From: Opitutales bacterium
Lineage (GTDB): Bacteria; Verrucomicrobiota; Verrucomicrobiia; Opitutales; UBA953
Length of the DNA stretch: 19,258 bases
Reading direction: 5' to 3'
Assembly (NCBI GenBank): GCA_040398005.1
Contig: JBBAUX010000006.1
Span: 1 to 19,258, forward strand
Positions 5,545 through 15,879 of the stretch are shown here, in pieces. The notes below the pieces were generated by a model. That model had not been told where the DNA came from, searched no databases, and was given only the letters and a program-made list of their open reading frames with translations. How positions within the stretch are numbered: position 1 is the stretch's first letter; the number at the start of each line of letters is the position of its first letter. The translations under genes were made by a program, and so were the position numbers.

Positions 5545-8500
5545 ATGAATAATCCCGGACTACCCGAAAAACAGGGCCTCTATGACCCACAGTTTGAACA
5601 CGATGCTTGTGGCGTCGGCTTCGTCTGTCAGATGAAGGGGAAACGTTCCCATGATATCATTCAGCAAGCGCTGACCATCCTGGTTAACCTCGATCACCGA
5701 GGCGCTTGCGGTTGTGAAGTGAACACCGGCGACGGCGCAGGTATTCTCATTCAGCTCCCTCACACTTTCTTAAGCAAGGTCTCCAAAGACGCAGGCATCA
5801 GTGCCCTGCCCAAGCCCGGACACTACGGCGTCGGTATGCTCTACGTTTCGCCCGATGCAAAAATCCGCACCGAGTCCGAAAAAGTATTTACAGAAATTGC
5901 AAAATCCCAAGGGCTCACCGTCCTCGGCTGGCGCACCGTTCCTACGAGCAATCAATCACTCGGACAAACTGCCGTAAAAAGCGAACCGACCGTTCGCCAA
6001 GTATTTATCGCGCGTCCAGCTGATTGTGCGACCGACCAAGATTTCGAGCGTAAACTCTTCATCGTTTCAAAACGCGCCCATAACGAAATCCGCGCCTCCG
6101 GAAAAGATAACCATTACTACGCGTGCAGTATGTCCTGCCGCACTCTCATTTATAAAGGCATGTTAATGCCTGAGCAGGTTGGAAAATATTTCCCTGACTT
6201 AAATGACCCGAGCATGGACACCGCATTGGCGCTGGTTCACTCGCGTTTCTCGACCAACACCTTCCCAAGCTGGGAACGTGCGCACCCTTACCACTACATC
6301 GCACACAACGGCGAAATCAACACCCTCAATGGTAACGTCAATTGGATGAAGGCCCGTGAGCCATTGCTCGCTAGCCCGCTCTTTGGAAAAGACATCGAGA
6401 AAATTAAGCCGATCGTAAATCCGAACGGTTCCGACTCTGCTAAGTTTGATAACGTTTTAGAACTTCTCGTGATGGGCGGACGCTCACTACCTCAAGCCAT
6501 GATGATGATGATTCCAGAACCTTGGAATGGTCACGAATCGATGAGCGAACAAAAGAAGGCGTTCTACGAATACCACTCTTGCGTGATGGAGCCTTGGGAT
6601 GGTCCTGCCTCAGTTGTCTTTACCGATGGTACGATGATTGGTGCGACGCTCGACCGTAACGGTCTCCGCCCTTCTCGCTACTACGTCACCAAAAATGATT
6701 TAGTCATCATGGCTTCAGAAGCCGGTGTTCTTCCTGTTCCGCCCGAAGAAGTCGCAAGCAAAGGTCGCCTCCAACCTGGACGCATGTTCCTCGTGGACAT
6801 GGAAAAAGGTCGCATCATCGCCGACGAAGAAATCAAACAACAAATCGCGAACGAAAAACCTTATCGCCAATGGCTCGATGGTAATCTCATCAAGCTCGAT
6901 AAGATTCCTAAGTCGAAAGAGGTTCCAACCACTAACCACGAAACGGTTCTGCAGCGTCAATTAGCCTTTGGTTATACGTTCGAAGATCAGCGTAAAATTT
7001 TACTCCCGATGGCCAAAGACGGAGTCGAAGCCATGGGCTCAATGGGAACAGATATTCCCTTAGCAGTTCTCTCTAACAAATCGAAATTACTTTACGATTA
7101 CTTCAAACAACTCTTCGCCCAAGTTACCAATCCTCCGATTGACTGTATCCGCGAAGAAATTGTCACGTCGTCCGTCACCACCATCGGACCTGAGCGCAAC
7201 TTGTTGGACCCTAATGCGCATAGCTGTCACCTCATTGAATTAACGACTCCGATTTTAACTAACGAAGAGTTAGCAAAATTACGCGACGTGACCCAAGGTC
7301 AATTCCGCTCAGTTACGATTCCAACACTCTTCAATCCTAAAGCAGGTGCAAAAGGTTTAGAAGACGCGATGAATGAGATCTGCCGTCAGGCCAGCCTCCA
7401 GATCGATGCCGGTGTTAATATTATTATTCTCAGCGACCGCGGCGTCGATCGTAGCAACGCTGCGATTCCTGCCCTCTTAGCAGTATCCGGAATTCACCAC
7501 TTCCTCATTCGCGAAGGTAAGCGTACGAAGGTAGGCTTAATTCTCGAGTCAGGCGAACCACGCGAAGTTCACCACTTCTGTACCCTCATCGGTTATGGTT
7601 GTGCCGCAATCAATCCTTACCTGGCCTTCGAAACACTCGATGACATGATCCAAGAAAAACTCTTGGAAGGCGTCGATCACTACACCGCTTGCAAGAATTT
7701 CGTGAAGGCTGCGACCAAGGGTATCGTTAAAGTCGCGTCGAAGATTGGTATTTCCACTATTCAAAGTTACCTCGGTGCACAAATCTTTGAGTGCGTCGGT
7801 CTCCAACAAAAAGTGGTGGATCAATATTTCACGGGTACAGCTACACGTATCGAAGGTGCGGATTTAGCCGCGATTGCTGAAGAAACTATCAGCCGTCACG
7901 CCAACGCATTCCCTGAGCGTGTGGAACATCCGCAAACGCTCGAAGTCGGCGGCGACTACCAATGGCGCAGCGAAGGTGAAGGCCACCTCTTCAGCCCACA
8001 AGTCATTCACTCGCTCCAAAAAGCCGTTCGCACGAATAATTTCGACACGTTCAAAACCTATTCGTCGTTGGTCAACCAACAGATGAGTCAGATTTTCACG
8101 CTTCGTGGTTTGCTCGAATTGAAACCACAAAAATCGATTCCAATCGAAGAAGTGGAGAGCGTTGAACAAATCTTAAAGCGTTTCAAAACGGGTGCGATGA
8201 GTTACGGCTCGATTTCAAAAGAAGCACACGAAAGTCTCGCGATTGCGATGAACCGCATCGGTGGAAAATCGAACACCGGTGAAGGTGGCGAAGATCCTGA
8301 TCGTTTTACTTGGACGAATGAGCGCGGTGATTCCAAAAATTCCGCCATCAAGCAGGTGGCGTCTGGTCGCTTCGGTGTAACCAGTCTCTACCTCACCCAA
8401 GCGCGCGAATTACAAATCAAGATGGCCCAAGGGGCCAAGCCTGGTGAAGGCGGACAGCTCCCGGGCGCTAAAGTCTATCCTTGGATTGCTAAAGTTCGTT

Positions 8501-10134
8501 ACTCCACTCCTGGCGTCGGACTCATCTCACCTCCCCCACACCACGACATTTACTCGATCGAAGATTTATCCGAACTCATTCACGATTTAAAAAATGCTAA
8601 CCGTGCTGCACGCGTCAGTGTAAAACTCGTTTCGGAAGTCGGCGTTGGAACGATCGCTGCCGGTGTGGCGAAAGCCCACGCGGACGTCGTTCTGATTTCT
8701 GGTTTCGATGGCGGTACTGGTGCATCACCACAAACTTCCATCAAGCACGCAGGTTTACCGTGGGAACTCGGTCTTGCCGAAACTCACCAAACTCTGCTCC
8801 TCAACAATCTACGTTCTCGTATCGTCGTTGAAGCGGACGGACAATTAAAGACTGGTCGTGACGTGGTTATCGCTGCCTTACTGGGCGCTGAGGAATTCGG
8901 TTTCGCGACGGCTCCTCTCGTTTCACTCGGTTGTATCATGATGCGCGTCTGCCACCTCAACACTTGCCCTGTTGGTGTTGCGACCCAAGACCCTGAACTC
9001 CGTAAGAACTTCACCGGCGATCCTGAACACGCGGTTAACTTCATGAACTTTATTGCTCAAGAAGTGCGCGAAATCATGGCTCAACTCGGATTCCGTAAAC
9101 TTACCGACATGGTAGGCCGTACTGACATCCTTGAAGCACGTCACGCTGTCGATCATTGGAAAGCTAAGGGAATCGATTTATCCAAACTCCTCTACTCACC
9201 TAAAGTGGGCAGCGAAGTCGGTCGCTACTGCACCGAAGTCCAAGATCACGGACTCGATAAATCACTCGACTTAACTCTCTTACTTGAGAAATGCCGTCCC
9301 GCTATCGATAAGAAAGAAAAAGTAGTCATCAATTCTGAGATCAAGAATACGCATCGCGTGGTCGGAACGATTCTCGGTAACGAAATCACCAAGAAGCATT
9401 GGGAAGGTTTACCCGAAGGAACGATTCAATTGAACTTCAAGGGTAGTGCCGGACAAAGTCTTGGTGCGTTCGTTCCTCCAGGCGTGACCATCACCCTCGA
9501 AGGCGATGCCAATGACTACGTCGGCAAAGGCCTCTCCGGTGGTAAGATTATTATTAAGCCTGACGCTAAAGCGACCTTCCCTGCGGAAGACAATATCATC
9601 ATCGGTAACGTTGCGCTCTACGGTGCAACTTCGGGTGAAGTATTTATCCGCGGTGTAGCGGGCGAAAGATTTGCCGTTCGTAACTCGGGCGTCACCACCG
9701 TCGTTGAAGGCATTGGTGATCACGGTTGCGAATACATGACGGGTGGACGCGTGGTCGTGCTCGGTGAAACCGGACGCAACTTTGCCGCAGGTATGAGTGG
9801 TGGTGTGGCTTACATCCTCGATGAGAAGACTGATTTTGCGGTTCGTTGTAACAAGCAAATGGTCGGACTCGAAAAACTTGAAGAGAGAGATTTAACCGTA
9901 CTCAAAGAATTAATCCAACGTCACGCTGATCTCACTGGCTCCAAAAAAGCTGCGAAGATTATCGCTGACTGGAAAAACTATTCGACGAAGTTCGTCAAGG
10001 TCATGCCGAAGGACTACAAGCGTGTTCTCGAAGCGATTGAACAAGCTCAAGCTAAAGGACTCAGCGGCGACGCTGCCCTCGACGAAGCTTTCGAAATCAA
10101 CGCCCGCGACGTTGCTCGCGTCGGCGGAGGATAA
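5545..10134 (+). CDS. gltB: Glutamate synthase large subunit, 1529 aa
   Basis: EHDACGVGF (Ntn glutaminase Cys), [41 protein letters not shown], the 3Fe-4S motif [15 protein letters not shown] and a C-terminal GXGXG beta-helix. Confidence 0.99.
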   Translation: MNNPGLPEKQGLYDPQFEHDACGVGFVCQMKGKRSHDIIQQALTILVNLDHRGACGCEVNTGDGAGILIQLPHTFLSKVSKDAGISALPKPGHYGVGMLYVSPDAKIRTESEKVFTEIAKSQGLTVLGWRTVPTSNQSLGQTAVKSEPTVRQVFIARPADCATDQDFERKLFIVSKRAHNEIRASGKDNHYYACSMSCRTLIYKGMLMPEQVGKYFPDLNDPSMDTALALVHSRFSTNTFPSWERAHPYHYIAHNGEINTLNGNVNWMKAREPLLASPLFGKDIEKIKPIVNPNGSDSAKFDNVLELLVMGGRSLPQAMMMMIPEPWNGHESMSEQKKAFYEYHSCVMEPWDGPASVVFTDGTMIGATLDRNGLRPSRYYVTKNDLVIMASEAGVLPVPPEEVASKGRLQPGRMFLVDMEKGRIIADEEIKQQIANEKPYRQWLDGNLIKLDKIPKSKEVPTTNHETVLQRQLAFGYTFEDQRKILLPMAKDGVEAMGSMGTDIPLAVLSNKSKLLYDYFKQLFAQVTNPPIDCIREEIVTSSVTTIGPERNLLDPNAHSCHLIELTTPILTNEELAKLRDVTQGQFRSVTIPTLFNPKAGAKGLEDAMNEICRQASLQIDAGVNIIILSDRGVDRSNAAIPALLAVSGIHHFLIREGKRTKVGLILESGEPREVHHFCTLIGYGCAAINPYLAFETLDDMIQEKLLEGVDHYTACKNFVKAATKGIVKVASKIGISTIQSYLGAQIFECVGLQQKVVDQYFTGTATRIEGADLAAIAEETISRHANAFPERVEHPQTLEVGGDYQWRSEGEGHLFSPQVIHSLQKAVRTNNFDTFKTYSSLVNQQMSQIFTLRGLLELKPQKSIPIEEVESVEQILKRFKTGAMSYGSISKEAHESLAIAMNRIGGKSNTGEGGEDPDRFTWTNERGDSKNSAIKQVASGRFGVTSLYLTQARELQIKMAQGAKPGEGGQLPGAKVYPWIAKVRYSTPGVGLISPPPHHDIYSIEDLSELIHDLKNANRAARVSVKLVSEVGVGTIAAGVAKAHADVVLISGFDGGTGASPQTSIKHAGLPWELGLAETHQTLLLNNLRSRIVVEADGQLKTGRDVVIAALLGAEEFGFATAPLVSLGCIMMRVCHLNTCPVGVATQDPELRKNFTGDPEHAVNFMNFIAQEVREIMAQLGFRKLTDMVGRTDILEARHAVDHWKAKGIDLSKLLYSPKVGSEVGRYCTEVQDHGLDKSLDLTLLLEKCRPAIDKKEKVVINSEIKNTHRVVGTILGNEITKKHWEGLPEGTIQLNFKGSAGQSLGAFVPPGVTITLEGDANDYVGKGLSGGKIIIKPDAKATFPAEDNIIIGNVALYGATSGEVFIRGVAGERFAVRNSGVTTVVEGIGDHGCEYMTGGRVVVLGETGRNFAAGMSGGVAYILDEKTDFAVRCNKQMVGLEKLEERDLTVLKELIQRHADLTGSKKAAKIIADWKNYSTKFVKVMPKDYKRVLEAIEQAQAKGLSGDAALDEAFEINARDVARVGGG

Positions 10135-10169
10135 TCCTAAACACCTAACCACCAAACGATTTAAATCAT

Positions 10170-11654
10170 ATGGGAAAACCAACCGGATTTGTAGAATTCC
10201 AACGTGAATTACCAGCCGATCGCGATGCGCTGACCCGCATTGGTGATTGGAAGGAAATTCACCATCACCACAGCGATGAAAAACTTCGCAAGCAAGGCGC
10301 ACGTTGCATGGATTGCGGCGTACCCTTCTGTCATACTGGAAAAATGATCAGTGGCATGGCCAGTGGCTGTCCGATCAATAACTTAATTCCTGAGTTCAAT
10401 GATCTCGTGTATCGCGGACTCTGGAAAGAAGCATTGGATCGTTTACACAAGACCAACAACTTCCCGGAGTTCACCGGTCGCGTTTGCCCTGCTCCCTGTG
10501 AAGGCGCCTGCGTTTTAGGAATTAATAAGCCACCCGTTACTATTAAAAATATCGAAGTTTCGATTATCGATAAAGGTTGGGAAAACGGTTGGGTGATTGC
10601 TCGTCCTCCTGCAAGACGCACGGGCAAAAAAGTGGCCGTCATCGGTTCGGGTCCTGCCGGACTCAGCGCTGCGGCACAATTAAATCACGCTGGTCACAAC
10701 GTCACCGTTTTCGAACGCGCCGACCGTCCAGGCGGCTTACTCATGTACGGTATTCCCAACATGAAGCTCGATAAAAAAGAAGTCGTTCTCCGTCGTGTTC
10801 GCTTACTCGAAGACGAAGGTGTTACTTTCAAATGTGGCGTGAATATCGGTAAAGATATTTCTGCTGAACAACTCCGTAAGGATTATGATTCAGTTGTTGT
10901 TTGCACAGGTGCAACGAAAGCACGCGATTTACCGATTCCTGGTCGCGAAGGTAAAGGCATCTACTTCGCAATGGATTTCTTATCCGCGAACACCAAGTCA
11001 GTTCTCGATGGAGAATCCAGCACCGATTTTATCACCGCTAAAGGTAAGGACGTTGTGATTATCGGTGGCGGTGACACCGGCACTGACTGCGTAGGCACTT
11101 CCCTTCGCCACGGATGTAAGTCTGTGGCTCAGGTTGAAATCATGCCGAAGCCAGCGCTCACCCGCCAAAAAGATAATCCATGGCCTGAGTGGCCCAAGAC
11201 TTACAAGGTCGACTACGGACAAGAAGAAGCAGCCGCTAAGTTCGGTTCCGATCCTCGCGTCTATGTTACGACCGCCACCAAGTTTGAAAATGATGAAGCC
11301 GGAAATGTGAAAGCCGTTCACACCGTTCAAGTCGAATGGAAGAAGAACGAGAAAGGACAGTTCGTTCCTCAAAACATTCCTGGAACTGAAAAAGTAATGC
11401 CTGCTCAATTAGTCTTATTGGCGATGGGCTTCCTGGGACCCGAACAGCCGTTGCTCGACGCTTTAAATGTCGAACGGGACGCTCGCACCAACATCAAAGC
11501 TGAGCACGAGAAGTACACTACAAGCCTCCCTGGCGTCTTTGCCGCCGGTGACTGCCGTCGTGGTCAAAGTCTCGTCGTTTGGGCCTTTAATGAAGGTCGT
11601 GGCGCTGCTCGCGAGTGCGACCGCTTCTTGATGGGTACGACCGAGCTTCCGTAA
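10170..11654 (+). CDS. gltD: Glutamate synthase small subunit (NADH/NADPH), 494 aa
   Basis: MGKPTGF start, [13 protein letters not shown] Fe-S motif, [24 protein letters not shown] and [16 protein letters not shown]. Lies 35 bp after gltB. Confidence 0.98.
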   Translation: MGKPTGFVEFQRELPADRDALTRIGDWKEIHHHHSDEKLRKQGARCMDCGVPFCHTGKMISGMASGCPINNLIPEFNDLVYRGLWKEALDRLHKTNNFPEFTGRVCPAPCEGACVLGINKPPVTIKNIEVSIIDKGWENGWVIARPPARRTGKKVAVIGSGPAGLSAAAQLNHAGHNVTVFERADRPGGLLMYGIPNMKLDKKEVVLRRVRLLEDEGVTFKCGVNIGKDISAEQLRKDYDSVVVCTGATKARDLPIPGREGKGIYFAMDFLSANTKSVLDGESSTDFITAKGKDVVIIGGGDTGTDCVGTSLRHGCKSVAQVEIMPKPALTRQKDNPWPEWPKTYKVDYGQEEAAAKFGSDPRVYVTTATKFENDEAGNVKAVHTVQVEWKKNEKGQFVPQNIPGTEKVMPAQLVLLAMGFLGPEQPLLDALNVERDARTNIKAEHEKYTTSLPGVFAAGDCRRGQSLVVWAFNEGRGAARECDRFLMGTTELP

Positions 11655-11677
11655 GTCTCGCCATCTATCATCCAACC

Positions 11678-11708
11678 AAAGCCCAGCCTTAAAACTAGGC
11701 TTTTTGTT
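11678..11708 (+). terminator. Intrinsic terminator of gltBD
   Basis: AAAGCC-CAG-CCTTAAAA-CTA-GGCTTT followed by TTGTT. Confidence 0.6.
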
Positions 11709-11759
11709 ACCCCAGTTCATTGGGTTTGCGATACAAGGGAAATGTTTGATGATGCCAGC

Positions 11760-12515
11760 GTGAGCCAACCTTCTCTCGATTCACTCAAGACCTTAGCCGT
11801 GTCGACCGCTCAAGCGGCCGGCGAGCTTCTGCTTAATGGAGCGACCAAAGAGATTAATTCTGAGACGGACGATGACGTCAAAATGCAGGCGGACGTGGAT
11901 TCGGAAAATCTCGTTAGAGAAAAACTTAAATCATCCGGAATCCCGATCATCGGTGAAGAACTCGGCGGCGATGCTTCACTGTTTTCTGGCAACGAACTTT
12001 ACTGGGTCGTGGACCCTCTCGACGGCACTTACAATTACCTCCGTGATCAACCCTGCACGTGTGTGTCGCTCGGACTCATGCGTGGTGCCGAACCGGTCTT
12101 AGGAGTCATTTATAATTTTAATTTAAAGAAAACTTATTTGGGCGTTCCGGGCGAAGGCACGTTTATCAACGGAAATAAAATCAAACCCGCGTGGGCCCAG
12201 AAGATTAATGATGCCTGTATTATGACGGGATTCCCGGCGGCGGCAGATAAGAGCACGCCCGCGATGGAAATATTTATAAAAGAAGTATCACGTTATAAAA
12301 AAATTCGTATGATTGGATCCGCCGCACTCGCTCTCGCTTATGTGGGTGAAGGCGTCGCGGATACCTATTATGAATCGGGCACGAACTTATGGGATGTGGC
12401 AGCGGGTCTCGCCATCATCAAGGCTTCGGGCGGACACTACCGCATGATTCCCACAGGCAAGAAACCCTTGAACTACGACCTCTGGGCCTCGGCGCACGAG
12501 GCTTGGACGGTCTAA
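11760..12515 (+). CDS. Inositol monophosphatase family protein (SuhB-like)
   Basis: IIGEE, WVVDPLDGT, GSAAL and WDVAAG motifs. The start is either GTG 11760 (preferred) or ATG 11742. Confidence 0.92.
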   Translation: MSQPSLDSLKTLAVSTAQAAGELLLNGATKEINSETDDDVKMQADVDSENLVREKLKSSGIPIIGEELGGDASLFSGNELYWVVDPLDGTYNYLRDQPCTCVSLGLMRGAEPVLGVIYNFNLKKTYLGVPGEGTFINGNKIKPAWAQKINDACIMTGFPAAADKSTPAMEIFIKEVSRYKKIRMIGSAALALAYVGEGVADTYYESGTNLWDVAAGLAIIKASGGHYRMIPTGKKPLNYDLWASAHEAWTV

Positions 12516-12564
12516 CCTTCAGCGTAGACACTGACCTTAATTTTCTTATAAAAATTTCATCAGT

Positions 12565-13035
12565 ATGAACATTCCTAACCTCACCCCCCTCACATTCGAG
12601 AGTGCAGTTAAACAGTACGCTGAAGCCATCCTCGGTCAGTCCTACGGCAACGGTTCGGAAGTCGGATTCTGGATCGCCCTCGCGATGGTCGTCATTTACG
12701 TCCCAGTGCTTGGTCGTTTAGCCGCTCAACATTTCTTTGGTAAAGACGGATCCGTCTGGGCGATTGGTGCGGTTGGACTCGTTTCCGTTGGACTGACTTT
12801 CGCAGCCATCTGTATGGCCGATACCAGTCTCTCTAGCTTTGTACCGAAAGCAGTGCAGACTCTGGTAATCTCACTTTGTACGGGCACGGTTGTTCTGCTT
12901 GTCACGAGCGCGGCGACGCAGGTGTTGAGCCTAGGTTTCGGACCCTCCCTCGGCCTGCAACTCGTCTTTTGGAATATCGTGCTTATTGCGCAGCTCGCGA
13001 CAAAGTTCTTAACCGACTTCTGGAAGCATATTTAA
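12565..13035 (+). CDS. Hypothetical integral membrane protein (~4 TM), 156 aa
   Basis: ATG-start ORF that fills the gap between genes, with four hydrophobic segments. No family recognised. Confidence 0.75.
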   Translation: MNIPNLTPLTFESAVKQYAEAILGQSYGNGSEVGFWIALAMVVIYVPVLGRLAAQHFFGKDGSVWAIGAVGLVSVGLTFAAICMADTSLSSFVPKAVQTLVISLCTGTVVLLVTSAATQVLSLGFGPSLGLQLVFWNIVLIAQLATKFLTDFWKHI

Positions 13036-13036
13036 A

Positions 13037-15784
13037 TCAACCCGTCGCTTGCAGACCTGCGGCGATAGCGTTGAGCGAAAGGAGCATCTGCGGAAGTAAG
13101 GCGTCGGCTTCTTTGCGATCACCGTCCGCCGATTTCTTTCTCCAATCCTTGAGAATGGCGACCTGCTGTTCGTGCAGAAGGTCGATCGCTTCTTCGCGAA
13201 GCTTGATGACTTTACGGAGACGCGGACGGCCTTCCGTAAGTTTTTTGTTCGATATCTCGTTCAGCAATTTTTGAGCTAGTAAATGTTCATCCAGAATACG
13301 CGTCAGGAAAATATTCTTAAGTTTCTTGTCCGTAATCATCGAACCATAGAGACGCATCATACCGCGGTTCGCAGCCATGACACTGGTCGCTGCATTCTTA
13401 AGCATGTAACGCAGGGGCGGCCAGGTGTCGTACATGTCTTTCAATAAATCATAACCCTTTGGATCTTCTTCTTTAAGACGGGCTAAGGCTGACCCTACGC
13501 CATACCAACCCGAGAGATAGAAACGCGCTTGGCTCCACGAGAACACCCAAGGAATCGCACGTAAGTCTTCGAGGGAAGCGGCACCCGTACGACGGGAAGG
13601 ACGCGAGCCGATACGACTGGCTTCAATGACGTCGATGGGAGTGACCTGACGGAAGAAATCGATAAACTTAGGAGTCTTGATGAGCGACTGGTAAGCCTCA
13701 CGAGAAAACTCAGCGAACTTGTCCATCACTTTGCTGATGGCTGCATCTTGAGCTTTTTCTACTTCATCAAGAATCGTATGCTGAGTCACACCCGCGAGTA
13801 ACAATTCGAGATTATTTACTGCGGTGATGTGATTAGCGTATTTCTGGGTAATGCTTTCGCCCTGTTCGGTGACGCGTAATTCGCCGTTGATACTTCCACG
13901 CGGTAAAGCGTCGATAAAACGGTGAGTGGGTCCAGCACCACGAGAAATCGTACCGCCACGACCGTGGAAGAATACAATACGCACACCGTGCTTAGCTCCT
14001 ACTTTAGTTAAATTCTGTTGCGCGCGATAGAGATTCCAGAGCGAGGCAAGAATACCGCCGTCCTTATTTGAATCCGAATAACCAATCATCACTTGCTGCG
14101 TTAAGCCACGAGTGATTCCGGCATCGCGGCGCATCTCGAGCGTACGACGAGTGAAAGGATGTGAAAGGAAGTCATCGAGAATCGCGGTGCTACGTTCTAA
14201 GTCGTCGATGGTTTCAAAAAGTGGAACAACCGGAAGTAAGCAATACGGACTGTCGGATCCGCCGGCGGTTAAGCCTGCTTCACGAGCGATTAAATAAACG
14301 GAAAGTAAATCGGAGACCGAGCGGGTCATACTCACGATTAAAGAGCCCAAGCCCTCTGAACCGTAATGATTGATATGGGCAACTAAGGAGCGATGGCAGG
14401 CAATGACGGCGTCCGCTTCAGATCCGATACTCTCTTGCGAGCGGATGAAGGGACGCGTTGAACGTAATTCTGAATCCAGGAAGCCCAGTCGACGAGATTC
14501 ATCCCAGTTCGGATAGTCGGTATCATCTAAACCAGCGACGGTCATGAGTTGTGAAATCGCTTTATCGTGGAAGGCGCTGTTTTGACGAATATCCAACGTC
14601 GCCATGTGGAAACCAAAAGTACGAATGAAACGAATCAATGGATCGATTTCATAACGCGCGATTTGTGCCCCACCCACTTCAACTAATGTTTCTCTTAGGA
14701 AAAGTAAGTCAGCGACAATGCCTTCGGGGGTCTTGTGTGAACCATCGGGACATTCACCGACCGCAGGCGGCATACGTAGACGAATAAGATTAATATACTG
14801 TCTCCAGGTTTCACCGATATTGCGAGCTACGGCATGCTCACCGGCTTCACCGAGTGCCGCAGCATGCTTGTTAACCTGTTTGATAAATACGGCGGGAGGA
14901 AGTTGTAAGTGATCACCTAAAGAAAGACGCTGACCCAGAGTCTCGAGTCGCTCGGTAACAATATTCAACGCAGTGGTACGGAAAAGATTGAGCGCTCTCG
15001 TAGTAACTTCAGCGGTAACCAATGGATGGCCATCGCGATCGCCGCCCACCCAGGTTCCGAGTGTGATTAACGGTAAAGCATCAGGGTGTTCAATCTTCTC
15101 AGGCGAAAAACCAGCCTCTTCCCAGGCTTGGCGCATCCGTAAATCCATGCTCATAATTGCGTCGGGGAAAACCTTAGATAAGAAATAATTAATATTACGG
15201 AGTTCCGACTGAACTTCGGGCTTTTGTTGATAAAACTCACCTGTTCTCCAGAGACGTTCGAGCGCGACTTTAATTTCATCACGGATCGCACGTTGTTCTG
15301 CGGCCGTCCACATGCTGTTTTCTCGACGAACTAATAATTTGTAAAGCTCGCGGTGAATTTCTAAAACGGTGGCACGTTTTGCTTCAGTTGGGTGCGCCGT
15401 TAAAACAGGTTCGACGTGAATATCGCCTAAGCGCTTAGCGACTTGTTTCTCGGTCAAACCCTGATCACGCAGACGATTAAAAGTTTTTCCCCAAGAACCG
15501 GGATCGGAGGCGAGCCCACTTTTATCTTCACGAATACGTTTCGACTGAGCAGAGGCATTTTCTTCCACCATGTTGAGCAACTGAAACGCAATCGAGTAAG
15601 CTTGCACACCACGGTAAGAGAAAATTTGGACGCCACGTAATTTACGTTTACCCATCCAAGGTAAAGTACCGGCTAAATCTTTGTGACCTAACTGCTCAAG
15701 CACTTCAACGAAGCACTCCATCATGAACGCGAGATCGCGATCCACTTTTTTAAGTCCTTGTACTAGGTCCTTAGTGATAGGCAT
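13037..15784 (-). CDS. ppc: Phosphoenolpyruvate carboxylase, ~915 aa
   Basis: VLTAHPTE, WVGGDRDG, VPLFET, VMIGYSDSNKDGG, FHGRGG, LRAIPWVFSW and C-terminal AAGLQATG. Likely start is ATG 15784 (MPITKD). Confidence 0.97.
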   Translation of the reverse strand: MPITKDLVQGLKKVDRDLAFMMECFVEVLEQLGHKDLAGTLPWMGKRKLRGVQIFSYRGVQAYSIAFQLLNMVEENASAQSKRIREDKSGLASDPGSWGKTFNRLRDQGLTEKQVAKRLGDIHVEPVLTAHPTEAKRATVLEIHRELYKLLVRRENSMWTAAEQRAIRDEIKVALERLWRTGEFYQQKPEVQSELRNINYFLSKVFPDAIMSMDLRMRQAWEEAGFSPEKIEHPDALPLITLGTWVGGDRDGHPLVTAEVTTRALNLFRTTALNIVTERLETLGQRLSLGDHLQLPPAVFIKQVNKHAAALGEAGEHAVARNIGETWRQYINLIRLRMPPAVGECPDGSHKTPEGIVADLLFLRETLVEVGGAQIARYEIDPLIRFIRTFGFHMATLDIRQNSAFHDKAISQLMTVAGLDDTDYPNWDESRRLGFLDSELRSTRPFIRSQESIGSEADAVIACHRSLVAHINHYGSEGLGSLIVSMTRSVSDLLSVYLIAREAGLTAGGSDSPYCLLPVVPLFETIDDLERSTAILDDFLSHPFTRRTLEMRRDAGITRGLTQQVMIGYSDSNKDGGILASLWNLYRAQQNLTKVGAKHGVRIVFFHGRGGTISRGAGPTHRFIDALPRGSINGELRVTEQGESITQKYANHITAVNNLELLLAGVTQHTILDEVEKAQDAAISKVMDKFAEFSREAYQSLIKTPKFIDFFRQVTPIDVIEASRIGSRPSRRTGAASLEDLRAIPWVFSWSQARFYLSGWYGVGSALARLKEEDPKGYDLLKDMYDTWPPLRYMLKNAATSVMAANRGMMRLYGSMITDKKLKNIFLTRILDEHLLAQKLLNEISNKKLTEGRPRLRKVIKLREEAIDLLHEQQVAILKDWRKKSADGDRKEADALLPQMLLSLNAIAAGLQATG

Positions 15785-15879
15785 GTTGGTAATTATTAGC
15801 ACACGGAGTCCGATTGTCGCAATCGCAAACACCCATTGGCTTGCGTCTAAGTTCAAGTAGGATTTGCTCAAATGTAGAT

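Noticed and set aside
5560..11768. Many antisense and alternate-frame ORFs within gltB/gltD
   Set aside because: Shadow ORFs expected from codon bias in conserved genes, with no motifs.
15785..15879. Apparent head-to-head overlap of ppc (to 15871) and helicase (from 15814)
   Set aside because: An artefact of longest-ORF calling from TTG starts. ATGs at 15784 and 15880 leave a 95-bp divergent promoter gap.
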